The notes below the pieces were generated by a model, which saw nothing but the letters and a program-made list of their open reading frames with translations, searched no databases and was not told the DNA's origin. From NCBI GenBank assembly GCA_037441705.1, contig JBBIRR010000057.1, positions 1 to 20,987 on the forward strand: a stretch of DNA of 20,987 bases. The letters are read 5' to 3'. The position numbers and the translations under genes were made by a program. The DNA is from Ignavibacteriales bacterium (GTDB lineage: Bacteria; Bacteroidota; Ignavibacteria; UBA10030; UBA6906). Shown here one piece after another: positions 14,531 through 20,987 of this stretch (position 1 is the first letter of the stretch; every line of letters begins with the position of its first letter).

Positions 14531-16240
14531 TTATGCTTTCATCCGCTTGCCCTTCTCCTCGTACGTGAACAGCCATCCGCACACTTTGCCCGGATCGATC
14601 TCCGAGAGATTGTTCCAATAATCGCGCGTGTGCATCGTGCGAGAGCTTGTTTCCTCCGGCGGCAATCCTTCCACCTCTTTGATGATCTGGCGGAAGCGGG
14701 TGCGCCACAACTCCATGTTCTTCACGCGCAAATCAACCCATCCATCGTGAGCCCAGTGATCAATGTTCTTGGGTGTGGCGGGCAGCGCCTCCTCGCCGCG
14801 GTAAGGTGGAATTTTGATGACCGGTCCGCGCAGCAGAGATTTCCCATCGGGCAGTAGAATGGGAATGCCGATGGAAATGATCTGCGAGCGCAGCAGTGCG
14901 TCTTCGGCGATCAGGTTCGTCAGCGCTTTGCTGAGCGTTGCAGCATCGGTGCGGGCAACGGTCCGAATGTTGGAGAAGCAGCGTTTCAGCAGGTACGACT
15001 CGTACAGCAGCTTCGAGAGGCGCGGCGGTCCCAGCATCTCGAAGGCAACGCTCTCCACGCCGTGCTGCTGCTCGAGTTTCTGCATGAGTTTCATCGCGCC
15101 GGTGAACATGAACCCCGCGCGATAGGTGGGCGAAAGCGTTGCGTTGTCCAGCGCGTTGATGATGTCGTGTCCCGTATTCCGGGCTTTCACCTCGAACACC
15201 ACGCACTCGGCAATCTCTTCGGGCGTCACGAACTCCATCTGCCCGGGCGTGGAGATCGCCTCGAACTCGCCGCGGGAAAAAATACCGTTCTCTCCCGTAT
15301 CAATGAAGACGCTCTTGAGCGTGTCGCCGGTCGGCCGCGCAGCGGCGCCGTTGCGCAGTTCCAGCCGCGTACCCAGCCGCACCGCCCGTTCGATCGGACA
15401 ATCGACCAGCTCAATCGGCTGGCCGCGCTTCTTGATTTCACCGAAGCCGACGCGCTTCCAGGCGATCGCGGCTGTCGGCTTGATCTCCTTGGTGATCGGC
15501 GCGTCGGGCGTTCGCCCCATCAGAAACAGCAGCAGCGTGTGCGCGCCCGCCACCGCCGACTTCGAGAGCAACACGCGCGAGGGGCGTTCCTCGCTGTGTG
15601 TGTACGGGATGTTCAATCCCATACCGCCCGTTCCGCTCGTCCCGATCTTCACATAAATCTTCGTCTTCGCCTCGCTCATCGAGCGGTACATGAGCTGCAC
15701 ATGACGGATGAGCTGCGGAACGTACAGCGTGCACAGCAGCCTCTCTGCTGCAACAGCCAGCGGCTCCACCGCTTTCTTGCGGCGGGCCAGACGGATGTTC
15801 TGCAAAACGTCGCGGGATACCTGAAAGATGTCCTGATACGCGATGCCCGTTGCAGAATTCACACAATCCACAACAATATCCGGCTTGTACTGCTGCATGA
15901 GATGATACAGCGACGAACGCTTCAACACCTGCGGCGTCAGTTCTTCGACGATGTCGTCAATCACCATCGCACGGCACTTTTCGTTCCCGAGGATTTCCTC
16001 GCGGGTGAGATCTTTGAGCTGATAGCGCACGAAGATGTTGCCCCACCACGGGACGAAGAAATTCCTGCTCACGTTGGGATAGTCCTGCCGCAGATGTTCG
16101 ACAGCCTCCAGTGCTTCTTCCTTCAGCAGCGAGGTGACGATCATTCTGCGCGGCTGCTCTTCCATAAATTTTCGGCAGACGGCCGAGCCGACCAGCCCCC
16201 ATCCGCCGATGACCAGTACGGTTTTGTTCTTAATGTCCAT
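14531..16240 (-). CDS. Atypical long NAD(P)-binding Rossmann-fold (SDR-like) protein
   Basis: N-terminal KTVLVIGGWGLVG dinucleotide-binding motif, PDIVVDCVNSA, KIGTSGTGGMG; 569 aa; substrate unknown. Confidence 0.7.
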   Translation of the reverse strand: MDIKNKTVLVIGGWGLVGSAVCRKFMEEQPRRMIVTSLLKEEALEAVEHLRQDYPNVSRNFFVPWWGNIFVRYQLKDLTREEILGNEKCRAMVIDDIVEELTPQVLKRSSLYHLMQQYKPDIVVDCVNSATGIAYQDIFQVSRDVLQNIRLARRKKAVEPLAVAAERLLCTLYVPQLIRHVQLMYRSMSEAKTKIYVKIGTSGTGGMGLNIPYTHSEERPSRVLLSKSAVAGAHTLLLFLMGRTPDAPITKEIKPTAAIAWKRVGFGEIKKRGQPIELVDCPIERAVRLGTRLELRNGAAARPTGDTLKSVFIDTGENGIFSRGEFEAISTPGQMEFVTPEEIAECVVFEVKARNTGHDIINALDNATLSPTYRAGFMFTGAMKLMQKLEQQHGVESVAFEMLGPPRLSKLLYESYLLKRCFSNIRTVARTDAATLSKALTNLIAEDALLRSQIISIGIPILLPDGKSLLRGPVIKIPPYRGEEALPATPKNIDHWAHDGWVDLRVKNMELWRTRFRQIIKEVEGLPPEETSSRTMHTRDYWNNLSEIDPGKVCGWLFTYEEKGKRMKA

Positions 16241-16417
16241 TGTCGTTGTGTCGTCTTGAGTATGTTGTAGCGTTGCGGTTGATTGTTCTTTGGGGTGGAA
16301 AGAACGGGGGAGAGTGACGATACAATGTACGGGAAGCGTCAGGAAGAAACAAGATCGAACAAGGAGCGTGGTTTGACCGAAGGCAGCGCAGCGACAAGAG
16401 GCGACGCTGCCCGTCAG

Positions 16418-17407
16418 TCACTTCACTTCAACGTCCACCGCATACTCCCGGTCATCCCACCCTAATTTCATGTACGCCCGGTTCTTCTGCGATGTCGGCT
16501 CGAAGCTGATCGTGAACGGATCAATCGGCTTGTCCACGCGTTTCATCGCCAGCTCGATGTGAGCGAAGTCCTGGCCGGGATCGTACGCTGCCATGCCGGG
16601 TTGTTTCTTGCTGATGATGAGCGTGAAGCTCTTCTCGGTAGGCTTCGAGTAGAGTGTGTAGATGCCGGCGGGCACGGTCACGCCGCCGATGAGCGTTGCC
16701 GTTTCCGTATGCAGCTCCGTTGCCCAGTTTGCGCCGGTGCGCCAGATGGAATCGTACGGTACCACCACGCCCCAGATGGTTCGCCCGCGTTTGAACGGCC
16801 TGCTGTACTTCACCTTCACTTTGTAGTTGTTCAGGAAGATCTCCGTCGAGTCGAGCGGGCTGACCGGCCGGATGTCGTCTCTCTTCTCGAAGCGAGTCCA
16901 CACCAGCGTACGTTCCCACATCAGCTTCAGTCGGCCGTGCGTTTTACCGGTGGCGTCGAAAGCAATGGTCAGGGTTTCGACGGGCGTTTCAAGCTGCTCG
17001 ACGATTGCGTCGAATCGGGCATAGTCCTGTCGTTCATCGTACCGCGTGCCCCACTGGCCCGTTTGCTTGTTGAGGATGATCTTCCATCCGGTCGGCGAGG
17101 GCAGAGTCCAGAGCGTGTACGTTCCGCGGGGCACGGGCACGCCGCCCAGCAGCATGTCGAAGTTGGTTTTGAAGTGCGTCGCTTCGTTCGCGCCGGTACG
17201 CCAGACTTGATTCCACGGCACCAACTCACCCATGATCTTGCGGCCGCGCATCGAGGGCCGTCCGTAGTTGACGGAGATAAGATTGGTGTCGATCAGACAA
17301 AACACCGAATCACGCGGGCTTAAGGGACGTGTGTCAGGTTGGGCCTCCGCGTGCGTATACAAAAACAACAACCACGCGATCGTCATGCTCAAGGTCGGCG
17401 TCTTCAT
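16418..17407 (-). CDS. Exported protein with two tandem DUF2911 domains
   Basis: GGAGG SD, ATG 17407, signal peptide; two copies of SP.DS...Y.RP..RGR.I.G..VP...WRTGAN.AT. Confidence 0.88.
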   Translation of the reverse strand: MKTPTLSMTIAWLLFLYTHAEAQPDTRPLSPRDSVFCLIDTNLISVNYGRPSMRGRKIMGELVPWNQVWRTGANEATHFKTNFDMLLGGVPVPRGTYTLWTLPSPTGWKIILNKQTGQWGTRYDERQDYARFDAIVEQLETPVETLTIAFDATGKTHGRLKLMWERTLVWTRFEKRDDIRPVSPLDSTEIFLNNYKVKVKYSRPFKRGRTIWGVVVPYDSIWRTGANWATELHTETATLIGGVTVPAGIYTLYSKPTEKSFTLIISKKQPGMAAYDPGQDFAHIELAMKRVDKPIDPFTISFEPTSQKNRAYMKLGWDDREYAVDVEVK

Positions 17408-17426
17408 CGCACAATCCTCCAAGACA

Positions 17427-18197
17427 TTAGATGGGTTTGATGATGTAATCGTAACGGGATCGCGACGTGCCGGTGATCTCTTCCGTGGGGAAACCCGTCG
17501 CGTCGAGCCGTTGTTCTTTGCACATCGCAACGAACGTTTCGTGGGGAAACCAGATGCCGCGATTGGATGGGATAAGAACAGGCTCGGTACCGAGCGCCTG
17601 TCGTATTTTCTGCCGGACGAAACGCAGCAGGCTCCCGACAAAACGCACAGGGCCATCCTGCTTGAAACGACGGGCAAGCCGGCGCAGCGGCGGAACAGGC
17701 TCCGGTTGCAACTTCGACTCGTCCACCACCGCAATGTCACTGATGAAAATGACCGCCGTGTCCTTAGCAACGCGTTGGATTTCGGCGAGCGTCTGCATGC
17801 ATTCTTCCTTCGTCTCCTGCAAGCAGAATGCGCCCGTCATCAGCACCTTGTCGAAGGTGGCGTCGGGATACGGAAGCGCGCTGGACGGACCGCAGGTGAA
17901 GGACACGTTGGGAACGCCGGCGAATTTCTTGCGCACGCGTTCGACCATTGACGGGGCAACATCGTGGCCGTGACACTCCTTTACTCTGCTGCTAATCTTT
18001 TCGAACAACAGTCCCTTGCCCGAACTGATATCCAGCACCCGATCCTCCGACGAGAAAGGAACATGCCGCAGCACCTTGTTGATCCGGAACTCCGTCGACG
18101 CCGGGCCGTCGCCCGAGAGCTGATAGTCGTCCTTCAAGTATTTCGCGCGGAGTTCATACTCCTCAGCTCGTGTGGTGGCTTGAATGACTTTCACCAT
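17427..18197 (-). CDS. Class I SAM-dependent methyltransferase (Methyltransf_11/25-like)
   Basis: RVLDISSGKG (variant motif I), GHDVAPSMV, ALPYPDATFDKV, LAEIQRVAK; start ATG 18197 assumed. Confidence 0.85.
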   Translation of the reverse strand: MVKVIQATTRAEEYELRAKYLKDDYQLSGDGPASTEFRINKVLRHVPFSSEDRVLDISSGKGLLFEKISSRVKECHGHDVAPSMVERVRKKFAGVPNVSFTCGPSSALPYPDATFDKVLMTGAFCLQETKEECMQTLAEIQRVAKDTAVIFISDIAVVDESKLQPEPVPPLRRLARRFKQDGPVRFVGSLLRFVRQKIRQALGTEPVLIPSNRGIWFPHETFVAMCKEQRLDATGFPTEEITGTSRSRYDYIIKPI

Positions 18198-18250
18198 AGC
18201 AGTCCGTACCGATGTGAGACAAGGGTTCGTGTTGTGCCAAAGACCGCGCA

Positions 18251-18294
18251 AAAGCAGGCGCGAGAGCCGCTGCCGGGGAGAGGCCGGCTCTCGC
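18251..18294 (-). terminator. Possible terminator downstream of the lipoprotein gene
   Basis: 10-bp stem GCGAGAGCCG (18260-18269) / CGGCTCTCGC (18285-18294), followed on the - strand by GCCTGCTTTT. Confidence 0.45.
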
Positions 18295-18300
18295 AGGGTG

Positions 18301-19296
18301 CTACTTGAGTTTTACCGATGCAATGACTTTGTCGTACGCCGCAGTGTAGTCCGCCGTTTGCGGCTTGTACCAGTCAAGCGTAATACGGATTGCTTTACCG
18401 CCGTGGACGACGAAATACACTTTGCGCATGACGTCGCCGCGCGGCGAGAGCGTGAGCGTTCGTGCCGGTTGCCCGTCCACTGTTGCGCTGCCGGCCGTTG
18501 CCCCGCGATACGCGCCCCGGTTCTGCTCAAACACTTTCTCGACGGTCAATCCTTTGGCGTCGAACACATCGAACCGAATCGTGCAGTCAAGGCGTCGGCC
18601 GCGCAATTCCACCACTTCTTCGAACTTTCCTCGGGCGGGATTGGTGGAGTTGAAATTGTCGGGGTACTGGAAGGAGAAGAACTTCCCGGTGTAGGTTTCC
18701 ATGTTCTCCGATGGCAGCGTCTCATCGCGTCCGGGCTCCTTCGGTTTTGCGGGCTTGAACGAATTCAGCGATGCGGCGAAGACCCCCGCATAGGCATCAT
18801 AGAACTGCCCGAAGCCTGCAAACCCCAGATCGTAGAGCATCGAGTCCTTTGCCAGATAGATGTGATGTCCGTAGATGATGCTGCCCTTTCCGTAGTTTGC
18901 TCCGTATCGGACTTTCGTCCCCTCAATGCCTGCGACGGTCACCTTCTCCTCGGGTTGAACCTGGAACTGAGCGGCTTTCATCTCGGAGATGTTCTTTGCG
19001 ATCAGCGCGGCAGGGTCGCCCGTCTTGATGGCATCAACGGAAATCTCCACGCCGATCGTCCCCGGTTCGTTAGGCACGCGGAATTTCGTTTCAACGCCGG
19101 TTGCGTTGTAGAACCGCGCGCGTCCAACTTCCGCGTTCACCACGGGCCACTCCTTCGGATAACTGATTGCCCATCCGAGGCCCGGGTCGCGGTACTCCTG
19201 CATCTCACCGACGGGCACCGGCTCCATTTTTTTCTCTCCGCAGCCGCCGAGCAGCAGAACTGCACAAGGAACGATCAACAGTGTTGCGAGTTTCAT
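18301..19296 (-). CDS. Lipoprotein with two PsbP/Mog1-like (DcrB-like) domains
   Basis: Lipobox MKLATLLIVPCAVLLLGG|C; repeats EYRDPGLGWAISYPKEW...VFAASLNSFK and ETYTGKFFSFQYPDNF...YDKVIASVK. Confidence 0.7.
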   Translation of the reverse strand: MKLATLLIVPCAVLLLGGCGEKKMEPVPVGEMQEYRDPGLGWAISYPKEWPVVNAEVGRARFYNATGVETKFRVPNEPGTIGVEISVDAIKTGDPAALIAKNISEMKAAQFQVQPEEKVTVAGIEGTKVRYGANYGKGSIIYGHHIYLAKDSMLYDLGFAGFGQFYDAYAGVFAASLNSFKPAKPKEPGRDETLPSENMETYTGKFFSFQYPDNFNSTNPARGKFEEVVELRGRRLDCTIRFDVFDAKGLTVEKVFEQNRGAYRGATAGSATVDGQPARTLTLSPRGDVMRKVYFVVHGGKAIRITLDWYKPQTADYTAAYDKVIASVKLK

Positions 19297-19386
19297 AGGA
19301 GTTCCTGTTAATGTGTGTTGGGGATACGTTAGTTGCGAGTTCTCGTTGTCGGTTCGCCATTCATGGGCGAACACTCAAAACACTCC

Positions 19387-20889
19387 TCACGCCTTCGGAA
19401 CGACGACGTCGTACCACGTCTTCTTCGCTCGCTCTCCGACCTCATCAATATACACATGCTTTGCTTCCATGTACTCCTTCAGGCCCTCGATGCCGAACTC
19501 TCGACCGACGCCGCTCTGTTTGTATCCGCCGAACGGCGCACGCTCGTTCAAGAGATGCCATTCATTGATCCAGACCGTGCCGGCACGAAGCCGCTTCGCA
19601 ACGTTCATTGCCTTCTCGACATCTTTCGACCACACTCCGCCGGCAAGCCCGTAGATCGAGTCGTTGGCAAGAGCAACCGCTTCATCGATCGTGTTGTAGC
19701 GGATGATGGAAAGGACAGGCCCGAAAATCTCTTCCTGGGCAATCGTGGATTTATTATTGACGTGATCGAAAATCGTTGGCTCGACAAAGAATCCTTTTGC
19801 GCACTCGGGCGAGGAGGGCCTGCCGCCGCCAACGAGTAAACGCGCGCCTTCGGCTCTGCCTTTCTGGATGTAGCCGAGCACACGGTCGAGCTGCTTTTGC
19901 GAGATGAGCGGACCCATATCCGTTGTCGGTTGCATCGGGTCGCCCAGCCTCAGACGTTTCGTCTTTTCGACAAGAATCTCAACGAAGCGATCGGCAATGG
20001 ACTGAGGAAGCAGCAAGCGCGTTCCTGCTTCGCAACACTGGCCGGCGTGGTAGAAGATGGCATACATCGCCCCATCAACCGCCATCTCGAGATCGGCATC
20101 GTCCAACACAATGTTGGCGGATTTGCCGCCGCATTCGAGCGTGAGTTTCTTGAGATTGGAAGCAGCGGCCTGCATGATCTGTTGGCCGGTGAACGTCGAG
20201 CCGGTAAACGCAATCTTATCCACCAGCGGATTCTTGACCAGCTCCGCACCCGCCTCAGGGCCAAAGCCTGTCACGATGTTGACCACGCCCGGCGGAAAAC
20301 CGACTTGCCGGATGTACTGGGCGAGTTCCATGATCGTGACGGAGGTTTCCTCCGACGGCTTCAGCACAACGGTGTTGCCTGTGATGAGAGCGGGACCGAG
20401 TTTCCACACCGCCATCTTCAGAGGGAAGTTCCACGGAATGATTGCAGCAACAACGCCGATAGGTTCATGCAGAAGAAGATTCTTGCTGAAGCCCGGCCTG
20501 GAAACGTCATCCAGTTCGCGATCCAGCTCCGTCAGTCCGAGCTTGGCAAAGTTCGCGAGATTGCGTGCGCTCAGATAAATGTCCTCTCCCGCCTTACGAA
20601 TCGTGGAGCCTGAATCGAGCACCTCCAATTCCACGAGCTGCTTTTTGTTCTCGTTGATCTTGTCGGAGAGAGCTTTGATGAGCGCAGCGCGTTCTTCACG
20701 GGGCATGCGCGGCCACGGACCGCTATCGAATGCCTCGCGTGCAGCCGCTACGGCGCGCTGCACATCCGTCGCGCCGGCACGCGCAAACTGTGCGATGGTC
20801 TCTTGCGTGTAGGGATTGATGCCGGCAAATGTCCGTCCATCCGCCGCCGCAACAAATTCGTTGTTGATGAACAGGGTATACTCTCTCAC
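19387..20889 (-). CDS. NAD(P)-dependent aldehyde dehydrogenase
   Basis: IIPWNFP, LKPSE, FTGS, LECGGKS (catalytic Glu), AGQCCEAG (catalytic Cys), EEIFGPV, PFGGYKQSGVGRE; GTG start with AAAGGAA SD. Confidence 0.97.
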   Translation of the reverse strand: MREYTLFINNEFVAAADGRTFAGINPYTQETIAQFARAGATDVQRAVAAAREAFDSGPWPRMPREERAALIKALSDKINENKKQLVELEVLDSGSTIRKAGEDIYLSARNLANFAKLGLTELDRELDDVSRPGFSKNLLLHEPIGVVAAIIPWNFPLKMAVWKLGPALITGNTVVLKPSEETSVTIMELAQYIRQVGFPPGVVNIVTGFGPEAGAELVKNPLVDKIAFTGSTFTGQQIMQAAASNLKKLTLECGGKSANIVLDDADLEMAVDGAMYAIFYHAGQCCEAGTRLLLPQSIADRFVEILVEKTKRLRLGDPMQPTTDMGPLISQKQLDRVLGYIQKGRAEGARLLVGGGRPSSPECAKGFFVEPTIFDHVNNKSTIAQEEIFGPVLSIIRYNTIDEAVALANDSIYGLAGGVWSKDVEKAMNVAKRLRAGTVWINEWHLLNERAPFGGYKQSGVGREFGIEGLKEYMEAKHVYIDEVGERAKKTWYDVVVPKA

Positions 20890-20945
20890 CCGTGCCGTTC
20901 CTTTGCGCTGCTGTTGTGAGTGATGGGATGAAGACGTGCTGTGCC

Positions 20946-20974
20946 AAGATAGAAAAAAGGGGGGTTATCCTCAA
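20946..20974 (-). promoter_or_regulatory. Possible sigma70-type promoter for the aldehyde dehydrogenase operon
   Basis: On the - strand: TTGAGG (20974..20969), 17-nt spacer, TATCTT (20951..20946). Confidence 0.45.
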
Positions 20975-20987
20975 CGGCTTACCTTGG

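Noticed and set aside
15062-16270. 402-aa + strand ORF (and similar antisense ORFs at 519-1568, 18184-19311, 19897-20613)
   Set aside because: Antisense shadows of well-supported genes with no family motifs.
17408-17770. N-terminal extension of the DUF2911 ORF overlapping the methyltransferase
   Set aside because: A GGAGG SD and signal peptide define the start at 17407; the extension is an alternative frame of the methyltransferase gene.
19283-19372. 10-bp direct repeat GTTGCGAGTT (19283, 19332) and 7-bp hairpin GTTCGCC/GGCGAAC
   Set aside because: Short; one repeat copy lies in coding sequence and the hairpin lacks a U-tract on the transcribed strand, so chance or a simple stability hairpin suffices.
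1-20987. CRISPR array, IS/transposase, integrase, prophage or defence genes
   Set aside because: No regularly spaced repeats, terminal inverted repeats or mobile/defence protein motifs were seen; nearly all sequence is accounted for by housekeeping or envelope genes.

Overview
GC-rich, gene-dense chromosomal window, probably from an Ignavibacteria/Chlorobi-like member of the Bacteroidota-Chlorobiota (FCB) group. This is inferred from a T9SS C-terminal domain of the QNYPNPFNP type together with canonical GGAGG Shine-Dalgarno sites and TTGACA/TATAAT-like promoters. Bases 1-6093 form a + strand iron/metal-uptake locus: partial feoA, feoA, feoB, a FeoB-associated Cys-rich small protein, a porin-like outer-membrane protein, an exported FMN-binding protein with an SGAT flavinylation motif, a His-containing 4-TM membrane protein and a second beta-barrel. 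Together these suggest a possible reductive Fe(III)->Fe(II) uptake module feeding Feo. Inside this locus, on the - strand, is an unannotated ~90-nt candidate sRNA bounded by a near-consensus sigma70 promoter (TTGACA-N17-TATATT) and an intrinsic terminator. The remainder encodes a T9SS-secreted Asp-box beta-propeller protein, a stand-alone Lrp/AsnC ligand-binding domain, a ybjQ-rhomboid-gluzincin peptidase cluster, a SEL1-repeat protein, an atypical long Rossmann/SDR-like protein, a tandem DUF2911 protein, a SAM methyltransferase, a tandem PsbP-like lipoprotein and an aldehyde dehydrogenase. No mobile elements, CRISPR arrays, tRNA or rRNA were seen. All family calls are from motif recognition by eye; no searches were run.
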